A stretch of DNA of 64,000 nucleotides from Verrucomicrobiales bacterium (GTDB lineage: Bacteria > Verrucomicrobiota > Verrucomicrobiia > Verrucomicrobiales > V1-33). How positions within the stretch are numbered: position 1 is the first letter of the stretch; every line of letters starts with the position of its first letter. The position numbers and the translations under genes are program-made. The stretch covers positions 1 through 64,000 of the forward strand of contig JANOAV010000189.1 in the NCBI GenBank assembly GCA_031411295.1, given 5' to 3'. Positions 18,639 through 32,500 of this stretch are shown one piece after another. Under the pieces are notes generated by a model. It was not told the DNA's origin, ran no database searches, and worked only from the letters and a program-made list of their open reading frames with translations.

Positions 18639-18660
18639 CTGCTCCTTGGTGGCGAGGGTA

Positions 18661-21366
<2,706 letters not shown>

Positions 21367-21425
21367 TCATTGCTCTCAGCCTGGCTGCGCACGATCTCTG
21401 CTAAGAAAACCAAAAAGCTTATCCC

Positions 21426-22895
21426 ATGACCACTCGCACACCGGACGAAAATCTAATCAACGAGGACTTGGCAGCTGTGCCCTTGGAAAAGCGCACCTGG
21501 AGCAGGTGGCATTTCGCTGCACTGTGGATTTCCATGGCCGCCTGTATTCCCACCTACATGCTGGCCTCATCCTTGATCGAAAAGGGCATGAATTGGTGGC
21601 AGGCGGTGCTTACCGTCTTCCTGGGAAATGTGGTAGTGCTGATTCCCATGATGCTCAACGCTCACGCTGGAACCCGCTATGGAATTCCCTTTCCAGTCTA
21701 TTGTCGGGCTGCATTCGGAACCTTGGGAGCCAATGTTCCAGCCCTGCTAAGGGCTTTGGTCGCCTGTGGCTGGTTCGGCATCCAGACGTGGATCGGCGGG
21801 GAGGCGATCCATAAAATTTTGGCGGTCTTTTTCCCCTCTCTCGCCACTGGCAATGTCGTCGGCTGGCTTGGCATTACCTGGATGCAGTTTGCCTGTTTCC
21901 TCTTTTTCTGGAGCATCAACCTGTGGATCATCCATCGCGGAATCCACACGATTCGCCTCCTCCTCTCCATCAAAGCCCCGCTGCTGATCGGGCTGGGATT
22001 AATTTTACTCTGGTGGGCTTATACTACTGCGGGAGGATTCGGCCCCATGCTGGCCAAACCGTCCGCCTTTGCGGTGGGTCAACCACAGGAGGGAAAATTT
22101 TTCACCCTGTTCGTGCCTGCGCTCACGGGCATGGTGGGGTTCTGGGCCACGCTGTCGCTAAATATCCCGGATTTCTCCAGATATGCGCGTTCCCAGAAAG
22201 ATCAGGTCTGGGGGCAGGCGCTCGGACTGCCGTTCACCATGGCGCTCTATGCTTTTATCGGCGTGGCCGTAACTTCGGCTACCTCCGTGATTTACGGCAC
22301 CACCCTGTGGGATCCTGTGGATGTCCTGACGCGCTTCAAGAACCCCTTCGCGCTCGTGCTCGGCATGGTGGCCGTATGCATCGCTACGCTTGCCACCAAT
22401 ATCGCTGCCAATGTCGTTAGTCCCGCCAATGACTTTGCCAATCTGGCGCCCCAGCGCATTTCTTTTCGCACTGGCGGCTTTATCACCGGCATCATCGGCC
22501 TCCTCATGATGCCCTGGAAACTCGTGGCCGATCCTAGCGGCTATATCTTCACGTGGCTCGTGGGCTATAGTGCCCTGCTGGGGCCCATAGCTGGCATCCT
22601 GATTGCGGATTATTTCGTAATCCGCCGCTGCCAGTTAGATCTGGTCGATCTCTACCGCACGGACGGACGTTACCAATACCATGCAGGATTCAGTTATGCA
22701 GGCATCGGGGCTCTGATCCTCGCAGTATTGCCCAATCTGCCCGGCTTTCTGGTGCAGATCCATGTTCTGGATGGAGCCTCGGTGCCGGATTTCCTCGAAT
22801 CGCTCTACCAACAGGCGTGGTTTGTTGGATTTGCGGTCGCATTCGCGCTTTATTTGCTTTTCAGACGACTCGGGCGCGTGTTGCCCACTGATTAA
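21426..22895 (+). CDS. NCS1 family nucleobase:cation symporter
   Basis: AGTRYGIPFPV, CGWFGIQ, WATLSLNIPDFSRY and NIAANVVSPANDF motifs. Confidence 0.9.
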   Translation: MTTRTPDENLINEDLAAVPLEKRTWSRWHFAALWISMAACIPTYMLASSLIEKGMNWWQAVLTVFLGNVVVLIPMMLNAHAGTRYGIPFPVYCRAAFGTLGANVPALLRALVACGWFGIQTWIGGEAIHKILAVFFPSLATGNVVGWLGITWMQFACFLFFWSINLWIIHRGIHTIRLLLSIKAPLLIGLGLILLWWAYTTAGGFGPMLAKPSAFAVGQPQEGKFFTLFVPALTGMVGFWATLSLNIPDFSRYARSQKDQVWGQALGLPFTMALYAFIGVAVTSATSVIYGTTLWDPVDVLTRFKNPFALVLGMVAVCIATLATNIAANVVSPANDFANLAPQRISFRTGGFITGIIGLLMMPWKLVADPSGYIFTWLVGYSALLGPIAGILIADYFVIRRCQLDLVDLYRTDGRYQYHAGFSYAGIGALILAVLPNLPGFLVQIHVLDGASVPDFLESLYQQAWFVGFAVAFALYLLFRRLGRVLPTD

Positions 22896-23130
22896 TTCAT
22901 CTTGCTTAAAATATGGTAGGCGGTTATTAAGCATAGGAACGGAAAAATCACTGCCTTACTATGAAAATATCCACTTTTCAATTTGGAGCGTCTGAGGACG
23001 CATGGATTGCGTCATCACGAGCATTAAGCGCATTCCCACGGGCTCACTTGGCAGTCCCGACGTGGGGAGTTTTAGCGGCAACGCAACTTTCACCTTTCTA
23101 ATTTTTTTTGTCACCCCATCCTCTCTCCTT

Positions 23131-26100
23131 ATGAAATCACTAACACTTTCAGCGCTCCTGCTGCTGACCCCATTTTGCTCTGCAGACATTGTCCGGACTT
23201 ACACCGGCACTTCCACTACGGTGTGCACGACGGTAAACGGAACGGGCACCACTTGGGAGTGCACGGAGACTTGCACTTGGAAATCCGTTATCACTGCCAC
23301 CGCCACCAATAAAATTACCGTTGGCGTGGAATCGTCGCCCAATCTTCCGAGTGGCCCCACGGCCACGCTGACGGATCTCAACGGGGCCCCGATCCTGGTG
23401 GCGGGGGTCGTTCTAACCTTGGAACCTTCCGCTGCGGTGACGGAGCAATTGGTGGCAAGATATGGCGGAATCTCACCGGACCATGCCTGGCATGGGTTCA
23501 CCACGAATGTGCCGCTGACTGCGGGCGGCCCCGTGGGGTCCCAGGTAGGGTTTAAATTGAAATTCACCTGGCCAACCACGGTGAGTCCGCAGGGAGCGAT
23601 TTATTTCAGTGATGATGGGGCCGGGGCGGAAGGTGACTTCAGTTTGATTCCCCCGCTCTGTGCCAGCCCGATTACATTCAAGGGCTTGGCGCATTGTCCG
23701 CAAGGGAATGGGGTCGTAACGGTGACCCCAGCTGGGGGGCTGCTTAGCGTCACCAACATCGGCAGCAGTGGGCAGGATGGAGTGGCGATTGAATTGCCGA
23801 ATGTTTCGCATTGGGAAAGCCGCTGGGCACCATTGGATCCGACGAATAGTTTGCCATTTGGAGCGTTTGTGGGCAGCGCAATTTATGGTTCTGCGGGCAC
23901 CGTGAATAACAATCTTTTAGGTTTCTGGCGATGCACGAAACTGGCCCAGAGTGACTACGGCGTGACCGCAAATTTCACCGCTCTGGGAGCTACCACCGTG
24001 ACCGCACAAGTTTACGATGGCGCCACCTTGGTAACCACGGTTCCTGGAGTGACCGGACAATTCGTGCGCGTCAACGGATGTGTCGATGATGATCATTGGG
24101 GGAATCCTACACCGGATGGCCCCTTTGGCCTCCCGGGAAAATTCGGCGGGGCGCTAACGTTTCTCAGCGCGCGGCAATTCACCTTCCCGAATTCGACTTC
24201 CTCCGTGGTGGGGAATCGACTAGTGATTCTGCCTGACGGGGCGCCCTCAGTAAGTGCTCTGACCAAGGCGCTGGTGGTGGCCAAGAACATTCCCCGCATC
24301 GACATCGATCAAGAACGTCATTTCGTGAATTATAAAGGCTTGGCGCACGGCTCGCTGGGACAGGCGAATGTTCGCAAAGGGGGCAGCCTCCTCACTGTTA
24401 GCAACCTCGGCAGCAGCGGACAGGATGGCGTCTCGGTGGACCTGGGAGTTTCAGAGGCCTTTCTGACGGAGATTCCGCTCACCCCCGGTCTGCCGGTGGG
24501 GGGATATATGGTTTCAAATTTCACTGGCCCAAACGCCCTAGGAACAATGGTGCCGCTAGGGAAAGTGGGGATGCGTCGCTTACCCTCTAGCATGGTGGCA
24601 ATAGTGGATTTCTCAGACGTGGGATCACCCTCTTATACTGCGGTGGTTTACCGTGCGGGGGTGCCTGTCTTGTCCGGCAGCGGGCTGAGTGGGGAAGTGG
24701 TGCGGATGACGGCGGATGGAGTGGGCCGCATTGAATGCAAATGCGATTTTGTGAACCTCAGTTGGACTTGGAAATTCCCGCCACTCTTTGGCAGCCTAGC
24801 CGCGTTTACCATTCCAGGCGCCGGCACGAATGTCCCTGGGGATCAAATCGTGTTTACTCCAGATGTCGGTGCCCCTGGGCAAGTCCGACCTAATTTGGTC
24901 AGCATCACTGGCGCGGACATGCCGATGTTCCAATTCTCTGATGAAGGCATTCGCAAATATGGCATCGACGTTGCTGGCTTGGGAACTGCGACGATCAAGC
25001 CTACGGCCGACTGCTTGCGCGTGAACAACATCGGCAGCAGTGGACAGGATGGCGTGGAGGTAGATTTCCCCGCTTCCTTAGAGCATGTGGCGGTGGATTG
25101 GGAGAACCCTGATGCCACAGATCAGTTACCGGTGGGAGCCACGGCACGCATGCGGCTGCTAGCCTACGGCGGAGGCCTTCTCGTTACGAAAACCGCAGCT
25201 CATACCTACGCCTTGAACGCCGATTTAGCCACCACTGGAGCCCCCAGTTGGACGGTGGAAGTGTATAATGGCCGAAACTTGGTCCAGACCCTCGTAGGCC
25301 AGACCAATCCGTTGGTCGCGACGATGAGCAAAACCCCCATTGATTTCAGCGCGGGCAGAAATCCGAAGACGGGTTGTTGGTATGTTGATATCAAAATTGA
25401 TTTCTCAGATTTTTTTAATCTGAGTAATGGGACCACGGTGGCTGGGGATCGGATCGTAGTCCGGCCAGAAGGTGGCCTGGCAGCCGCAGAGCATGACAAG
25501 CTACAGATCACCACGACGCAAATACCATCGCTGAACATTTTCCATGTAGAGAAAACTCTGCGTTCAAGCGGCTTGGCACACACCTCCGTTGGCCAAGCGA
25601 ATGTGCAGGTCGTTTCCTCCCAGGCTGCCGGATGGTATCGGTGTCCGGGCTTGCTGGTGTCAAACATCGGGAGCAGCGGACAGGATGGCGTGTCCGTGGA
25701 TTTGCCGCCCTCGCAGGCTTTCTCCACGGTCATTCCAGGCGATCCAAATGCTCCGGTCGGGGCCTTCATGAGCTCGACGGCCTATGCTGGCGGGGTCGCC
25801 ACGGAAGTGATCGGCATGAGGCGCATGGCTACCAACTTCAATGCGATTGTGGACTTCTCTGGTCTCGGCTCGCCAACTTATACCGCAAAGATTTTCCGCC
25901 ATGGCAGCTACGTGGGCGGGGGCACGGGACTGAGCGGAGAAGTGGTGAATTTCTCTTATCCAGCGGGTTTCGATTATGAATGCACGCGTGATGCCAAGAC
26001 CAACTGCTGGAGATGGCGGATCTGGATCGTGGATCAAAATGGAGATCCATTCTCCGCCTTTAGGATTGCGGGTGGGCCAACGATTGAGGGAGACGAGATT

Positions 26101-28359
26101 CTCTTCATTCCTACGCAAGTGCCTGCACCGGCACCGTCAGCAACGCGGATCGAAATGAAATCCAACATGCCAGCGTTTCAGATCGTCAACGAAACCCTGC
26201 GACTGCACGGCCTAGAACACTTCGGGCTTGGCGCTGCGGCGCTAGATCTGTCAGCGACTACGGGAGGGCTGCAACTCTACAACCTTGGGAGCAGCGGGCA
26301 GGACGGGGTATCGGTTCATTTTGGACAGGCAGGCTACGCCACGCTGGGTCTCAACCCAGGCAGTGCGGCTACCGCTGTCGATGGATCATTTGTGGAAATG
26401 ACCGCGAAGGCTAAATTCAATGGAATCGAAAATTCGCCCATGGTCGTCGGGCGAGTCCAGGATGTGGGAGATCAGTATGCCCTCAGTCTGCGTTATCTAT
26501 TGGGCCTGCGTGGCAGCGCCCTCCGGGTGGATGTCTATAATGGCGCAACGCTGGTGGATTCACAGAATCTGGCCTTCCCGGCATCGGGCAGCACTGGTGC
26601 GTTGGTCACATTTAGCGAACGCCCGTTGCTCTTCGATTGGATTTGGTGGCTGGTGGATACTCTCGGGTCCATGCAATCCATTGTGAGTTCACCCGTGGTT
26701 GGCCCGGTGAGTTTGAGCGGGCATGCGCCAGTGATGGGAGATAAAATTGTGATTTCCGTGCTTAATCCCACGGGCACCTTCAGCCATCTTTCAGACGTGG
26801 AAGTGCGCAGCACAGGGCTGTCTGGGATGTCGGTATTCGAGGAGCAGTTAGGCATGTTCCATCACTCGCACACTGCGGCAGGCGGGGCGGCACTGGTCGC
26901 CAAAGGCGGAAAGTTGGTGGCCAACAATATCGGCAGCAGCGGCCTGGATGGGGTGGAAGTGACACTCGGTCGTGCGGAAAGTTGCGAATGTTCATGGTTG
27001 CCACTGGACACCGCCGGCCCACCGTCGGTGGGGTCTGAGATTCAATTGGATTTCAAGGGATCCATCAATGATGTGCCGGACCAATCCCTCGGTCTTGCCA
27101 AGGTAAGCAGACAGCCTGGTGCAACTGCCTTCACCATGGCGGCCGATCTCAACCCGCTGGGCTCGCCCACCATCCGCGTGGAAGTCTGGGATCACGCCAC
27201 CCTCGTGGCGGTCCTGCCTGGCATCCCTGGAGGAAACTTCGGGACGGCCTCGCGCTGGCCGATTGGCGGCGGCAAGACCGGCCGGCGGTTCGGTCCCTGG
27301 GTGCTAGGTTGTATCCGTTTCGATTACCCAGACCTTACCAACTTCGCGATTGGCACGACCACGCTAACAGGCAACCAAGTGCTCATGTTGCAGGAATCCC
27401 CCCCCAGTGCCAACTATCTCTCCAGCTATACGATTACCGGAATGGGTCTAAACGGAGCAGATGCCACGAGTCCAGGATTTACCATCACTAGTGAGACCGC
27501 CACTCCATTGTCACCTCCCGCAGGTTTCTCCAAAATCAGATTTGATTGCACCTACAAACTCATCCCACCAACCTGCACTTGGAAAATCGTCCGTGACGTG
27601 AAGACCCTTCCCGATGCATTCGCAGGAGTCGTTTACCATCTGCAAGAAGCCTTCCAGGTTCCCGTCGGCTCTGCCAACTTCGCCCTCAGCGTCGAGACGG
27701 CCAGCGGAACGCCGGTAGCCTTTGCGCCAGCTTCGGCAGTCGCTGAAAAGGCCCAGCAAGCGCACCCCGCGCCCCAAGGTTACCTGTGGGTGGGCTTCCA
27801 GTCCGTGCCAACGTTCGGCGGAGCGGTGGGGACCACCCCACCCCTCATCCAAGTCTACAGCACTCGCGTGAGCTTTGGAACCCCCAACCCTGCACTTGTC
27901 ACTGGGGCCTCATGGTTTGGAAGCGATGCTCCACCCAATTCTGGTCATCCCGCTGGCGAACTTTTCCAAGCCTTCACCAATGGACCAGCCTTGGATCGGG
28001 ATGGCGATGGGATGCCTGATGCCTACGAACTCAGCCACGGCCTGAACCCAGATCTGCCCAGTAATACTCAGGACTCGGATGGTGACGGCATGAACGATGG
28101 CCAGGAATACGTCGCTGGCACCGATCCTGCCAGCCCCGCCAGTGTGCTCAGAGTGGACAACCTTCTCGAAACCGCCTCCGGCTGGCTCCTCCGCTTCCAA
28201 GCCACCCCGGGATCTGCCTATCTGTTGGAAGAGTCCTCCGATCTCTCCGCTTGGGATATAACGCAGGTGCTACCACCTTCCAGCGTGCCGCATACTTCTG
28301 ATACCTACGTTCCATCCCGCATGGGACCTCGGTTTCTTCGCATCCGGCTTAAAGACTGA
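23131..28359 (+). CDS. Large secreted protein with six N[IL]GSSG[QL]DGV repeat domains, Ca-binding DxDGDG repeats and a conserved C-terminal tail
   Basis: Signal peptide MKSLTLSALLLLTPFCSA; motif at 23755, 24403, 25027, 25663, 26281 and 26926; DRDGDGMPD...DSDGDGMND; tail YLLEESSDLSAW...FLRIRL. Confidence 0.85.
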   Translation: MKSLTLSALLLLTPFCSADIVRTYTGTSTTVCTTVNGTGTTWECTETCTWKSVITATATNKITVGVESSPNLPSGPTATLTDLNGAPILVAGVVLTLEPSAAVTEQLVARYGGISPDHAWHGFTTNVPLTAGGPVGSQVGFKLKFTWPTTVSPQGAIYFSDDGAGAEGDFSLIPPLCASPITFKGLAHCPQGNGVVTVTPAGGLLSVTNIGSSGQDGVAIELPNVSHWESRWAPLDPTNSLPFGAFVGSAIYGSAGTVNNNLLGFWRCTKLAQSDYGVTANFTALGATTVTAQVYDGATLVTTVPGVTGQFVRVNGCVDDDHWGNPTPDGPFGLPGKFGGALTFLSARQFTFPNSTSSVVGNRLVILPDGAPSVSALTKALVVAKNIPRIDIDQERHFVNYKGLAHGSLGQANVRKGGSLLTVSNLGSSGQDGVSVDLGVSEAFLTEIPLTPGLPVGGYMVSNFTGPNALGTMVPLGKVGMRRLPSSMVAIVDFSDVGSPSYTAVVYRAGVPVLSGSGLSGEVVRMTADGVGRIECKCDFVNLSWTWKFPPLFGSLAAFTIPGAGTNVPGDQIVFTPDVGAPGQVRPNLVSITGADMPMFQFSDEGIRKYGIDVAGLGTATIKPTADCLRVNNIGSSGQDGVEVDFPASLEHVAVDWENPDATDQLPVGATARMRLLAYGGGLLVTKTAAHTYALNADLATTGAPSWTVEVYNGRNLVQTLVGQTNPLVATMSKTPIDFSAGRNPKTGCWYVDIKIDFSDFFNLSNGTTVAGDRIVVRPEGGLAAAEHDKLQITTTQIPSLNIFHVEKTLRSSGLAHTSVGQANVQVVSSQAAGWYRCPGLLVSNIGSSGQDGVSVDLPPSQAFSTVIPGDPNAPVGAFMSSTAYAGGVATEVIGMRRMATNFNAIVDFSGLGSPTYTAKIFRHGSYVGGGTGLSGEVVNFSYPAGFDYECTRDAKTNCWRWRIWIVDQNGDPFSAFRIAGGPTIEGDEILFIPTQVPAPAPSATRIEMKSNMPAFQIVNETLRLHGLEHFGLGAAALDLSATTGGLQLYNLGSSGQDGVSVHFGQAGYATLGLNPGSAATAVDGSFVEMTAKAKFNGIENSPMVVGRVQDVGDQYALSLRYLLGLRGSALRVDVYNGATLVDSQNLAFPASGSTGALVTFSERPLLFDWIWWLVDTLGSMQSIVSSPVVGPVSLSGHAPVMGDKIVISVLNPTGTFSHLSDVEVRSTGLSGMSVFEEQLGMFHHSHTAAGGAALVAKGGKLVANNIGSSGLDGVEVTLGRAESCECSWLPLDTAGPPSVGSEIQLDFKGSINDVPDQSLGLAKVSRQPGATAFTMAADLNPLGSPTIRVEVWDHATLVAVLPGIPGGNFGTASRWPIGGGKTGRRFGPWVLGCIRFDYPDLTNFAIGTTTLTGNQVLMLQESPPSANYLSSYTITGMGLNGADATSPGFTITSETATPLSPPAGFSKIRFDCTYKLIPPTCTWKIVRDVKTLPDAFAGVVYHLQEAFQVPVGSANFALSVETASGTPVAFAPASAVAEKAQQAHPAPQGYLWVGFQSVPTFGGAVGTTPPLIQVYSTRVSFGTPNPALVTGASWFGSDAPPNSGHPAGELFQAFTNGPALDRDGDGMPDAYELSHGLNPDLPSNTQDSDGDGMNDGQEYVAGTDPASPASVLRVDNLLETASGWLLRFQATPGSAYLLEESSDLSAWDITQVLPPSSVPHTSDTYVPSRMGPRFLRIRLKD

Positions 28360-28617
28360 ATTATTTCCGCATCACAACAAAGAAGCGACGCACGAGTTAT
28401 GCTGCCACCGGGCTACCCACTGGGCTCAGCCTAGATGCCGCCACTGGCATCATCTCTTGGGGAGTCCCAGTCCTGTTTGAAGTCTCCAAAACCCGTTCCT
28501 CTGAGGTCCTTTCTACCGATCTTAGACCCCTGGGAGTCCACGCAGACAACCAGTGTAAGTTGGCGTGCGGACTTTATGACGGCTTTTGTCCAGACGGAGC
28601 TGCCGCCATCGTTCCCA

Positions 28618-28953
28618 CTAATCGGAATTCTCGTGACCTTGGCGTTCTCCACCGGTATCGAAGAAAGCGGTGAGGTATTCGGCGGGAGCGAAATCACTCT
28701 CACGCAGCAGAGAAAACACCTCCGTCCCTTGCGGGATCAGTCCGATCTCGTCAAAGAGCCAATAGGCTTGAATCAAATCTAGCGCTTCAGCGTCCGCGAC
28801 TGCATATTCGTTGGCCTCCTTCTCCGCTTCGTCAATTGCAGCCTCAATTGATTCAGCATTCCATGCCGTGATGCGCTCTTCGTAGATAAATTTCCGACTC
28901 TGGTTGGGACGATTTGCCCATCGGATTACGGTCCTCACGGTGTAGGTGGCCAT
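28618..28953 (-). CDS. DUF4288-like small acidic protein
   Basis: YEERITAWNAESIEAAIDEAEKEA and GTEVFS patterns. Confidence 0.6.
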   Translation of the reverse strand: MATYTVRTVIRWANRPNQSRKFIYEERITAWNAESIEAAIDEAEKEANEYAVADAEALDLIQAYWLFDEIGLIPQGTEVFSLLRESDFAPAEYLTAFFDTGGERQGHENSD

Positions 28954-29179
28954 TTTTAAATCAAAATGTTAGATAATTTCGGCTCTTCGGCATTCGGAAG
29001 GCGAATCACCTGAAGAGGATTGGCAAGGGTGAGCGCGTTCATGGTGTGGTTTGAGACCCATGATCCATAGCCGATACTGATGCGATAGCCAAGGAAAATC
29101 TAGCGTATGCGCAGAGGTGGATTTAGCGGTAGCTTCGGCATCCTTTGCGAAGCGTTGAAATTGGCCTAGCTGCATCAAC

Positions 29180-29287
29180 CGTTGGAGTCCCGCTTTTAAG
29201 CGGAGCAGCACGCTTGGAGCATCGTGGAGTAGAGGCTTGGCGTGTTGGCTTTGCGTGATCCTCCGCCTAAAAGACGGGACTCCAACG
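29180..29287. repeat. REP-like inverted repeat pair
   Basis: CGTTGGAGTCCCGCTTTTAAGCGGAG (29180-29205) versus CTCCGCCTAAAAGACGGGACTCCAACG (29261-29287). Confidence 0.8.
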
Positions 29288-29500
29288 GATGCTGGCGTGG
29301 CGTGCGGGGCCTCCCGACTGAGGACAGTCGGGACACTTTGTCGGCAGCGCATCTGGAAGCAAAGTGCACAATTACATCCTAATTTCTCTACACAAACTGG
29401 CCCAAGATTTGCTTGAGAAGCGTAGTTATCTGCGGAACCCTGCCGATCCCCCGAAATTTTGCGTGGATTTCCGCGCCTACTACATCCCCCTCTAGCCTCA

Positions 29501-32500
29501 ATGAATAAGCACTACGCTCTCCCGCTGCCGGTCTCTGATACGTTGCATTTTCCTGATGCTGAACGCGATAGTTGCGGGGTGGGATTTGTGGCCCAGAAGG
29601 ACGGGATTCGGTCGAACAAGATTCTGCGTTATGGCATCACGAGCGTGTGCAATGTGGTGCATCGGGGAGCCATGGAGGCGGATCACAAGACGGGCGATGG
29701 TGCGGGCCTGTTGACGCAGATTCCGCACAAGATTTTCCAAGACGACCTGGCAGCCATGAATGCCGTGCTGGCGGACGATCACGATCTGGGCGTGGGGGTC
29801 TTTTTCCTGCCCAAGGATGATGAGATGGGCAAGGCCCGCGCCATGGTCACAGCAGAATTGATCCTGGAGAATTACGGGATTCCAGTCTTCGGCTGGAGAG
29901 ACGTGCCCATCAATGATAATGAGCTAGGCGACAAAGCACGTCGGACGCGGCCTTTCATAAGTCATCTGCTCGTCGGACGCCCACCGGAAATGAGTCATGA
30001 TGAATTCGAGCGCACGCTCTACATGGTGCGTCGGCAGGTGGGGATTCGCGCGGACAAGCACGGGATCGATTTCTATGTCGCGAGTTTTTCCTGTCGGACG
30101 ATTGTTTACAAGGCGTTAGTCGTGGCCACTGCGTTGCATAAATTTTACGTGGACCTCCAGAACCCGGACTACGAAACTGCGATCTGTCTCTACCACCAAC
30201 GTTTCTCCACCAACACCTTCCCGGCCTGGCCGCTGGCGCAACCGTTCCGGATGCTTTGCCACAACGGGGAAATCAACACCATGAGGGGAAATCGCAATTG
30301 GCTGACGAGCCGGGAGTCTGATTTTGCGAACGATGTCTGGGGCGATGACGTGAAGCACTTGAGCCCGATGGTGGATTGGGATGACTCCGATTCCGCCACG
30401 CTGGACAATGCTCTGGAGTTGCTCGTGCTCAGCGGTGCCAGTCCGGAGGAAGCCATGAGTAAACTCGTGCCGCCAGCCTATCGCATTGATCCGTTTACCA
30501 CGGAAGAACAGAAGGCCTACTATCAATACACGCGCTGCTTCATGGAGCCATGGGACGGCCCGGCGGGCTTGGCGTTTACCGATGGCAAGACAGTGGCGGC
30601 TTGTCTGGATCGCAATGGATTGCGGCCTTCGCGTTATAAAATCATGGAGGACGGCATCATTTCCGGGGGATCGGAAGTGGGCGTGATCGAGCTGGACGAT
30701 GCGCGTGTGATCAAGAAAGGACGCCTCGGCCCGGGGGAAATGATTGCGCTGGATACGACCACCGGCACGATTCGTTTCAACGCAGAAATCAAGACCGCCC
30801 TGGCACAACGTCAGCCGTATAAACAATGGCTGCAGGAGAATCGGGTGGAGCTGGCCAACGTCGCCAATCCTTTGCCCCAAGCGCCTGCGGGCGATCTGGA
30901 TATCCTTTCCCAATCGCAACAGCAGGTCACCTTCGGCTACACCAAGGAAGAGCTTACGATGTCCATGGGACCCATGGCCAAGGACGGTATGGAGGCCACC
31001 TCCAGCATGGGTGATGACACGCCACTAGCCGTGTTGTCATTGCAACCGCGCGTGCTCTTTACTTACTTCAAACAGAACTTCGCCCAGGTCACGAATCCGC
31101 CCATCGATCCGATCCGCGAGCGACTCGTCATGAGTCTGGCGGTGTCGTTAGGCTATCAACGGAACATCCTGCAGGAAACTCCAGAACACGCCCGAGTCAT
31201 CGCGCTGGAAACACCATTTCTCTGGGAGCACGAACTGACTGCCCTGCGTGAAGTGGTTGGTTTCCCCAGTCACACCATCGACACCACCTGGCCCGCCAAT
31301 CAAGGCGCGGAGGGCTTGGAGAAGGCGCTGGATCGCATCTGTGCCGAAGCGGAAAAGTGTGTGGATGCCGGAGTGCAAATTTTGATTTTAAGCGACCGAC
31401 ACGTGGATCATGTGAGCGTGCCCGTGCCGATGTTACTAGCCACCGGAGCCGTGCATCATCGGCTGGGGCAGAAGCGGAAACGCATGCGCGTCAGCATCGT
31501 GGTGGACAGTGGCGAGGCGCGCGACGTGCATCAGATGGCGTGCTTGTTCGGCTTTGGCGCGCAGGCCATTTGCCCATATCTGGGCTATGAAACGATTCGT
31601 GAGTTAGTCGAAAAGAATGACAAATCCACCGGCGGGGTGGACATCCTGAAGGCACTGAAAAACTATCGCAGCGGTCTGGAGAAAGGCGTGCTGAAGATCA
31701 TGAGCAAGATGGGCATCGGCGTGCTCAGCAGCTACATTGGCGCGCAGATCTTCGAAGCTGTGGGCATCGGGCCGGAAGTGATGGCGAAATGTTTCAAAGG
31801 CAGCCCCAGTCAGGTGGGTGGAATTGGCTTCGTGGAGATTGCAGAGGAAAGCCTCGTGCGGCACGCTGCCGCCTACGCTCAGGCTGTGCCGGAGAGCCCG
31901 CTGGACTTGGGCGACCCCGGTTACTATCGTTTCCGCCAGAAGGGCGAGCAGCATGCGATCAACCCCAGTTTCATCAAGAACTTCCACACGTTCGTGAAAG
32001 ATGGATCGCCCGAAAACTATGCGAAGTATGTGGAAGGATATCTGGATAAACAACCGCTGAGCCTGCACGACATGTTCGAGTTAGTGCCGAATCCACGCGG
32101 CCCGGTGCCTTTGGATGAAGTGGAGCCCATCGAGGACATCCGGCGGCGTTTCACCACAGCAGGCATGAGCCTGGGCGCCATCAGCCCGGAAGCGCATGAA
32201 GCGCTGGCCATCGCGATGAACATCATTGGCGGGAAATCCAACTCTGGTGAGGGTGGCGAGGATCCGCGTCGCTTCAGCCACGAGCGCGGCGTGCCTTATG
32301 CAAACAGCAAGATCAAGCAAGTGGCCTCTGGGCGCTTTGGCGTTACAGCGGAGTATCTGGCCAGCGCAGAGGAAATTGAAATCAAGATGGCACAGGGAGC
32401 CAAGCCGGGTGAAGGCGGCCAGCTGCCGGGCCACAAAGTGAACGGCATCATCGCGAAACTTCGTCGCACCCAGCCGGGCGTCACGTTGATCTCGCCACCG

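Noticed and set aside
28431..28990. DUF4288-like gene as a solo integron cassette
   Set aside because: There is no convincing attC palindrome downstream and no GTT core upstream.
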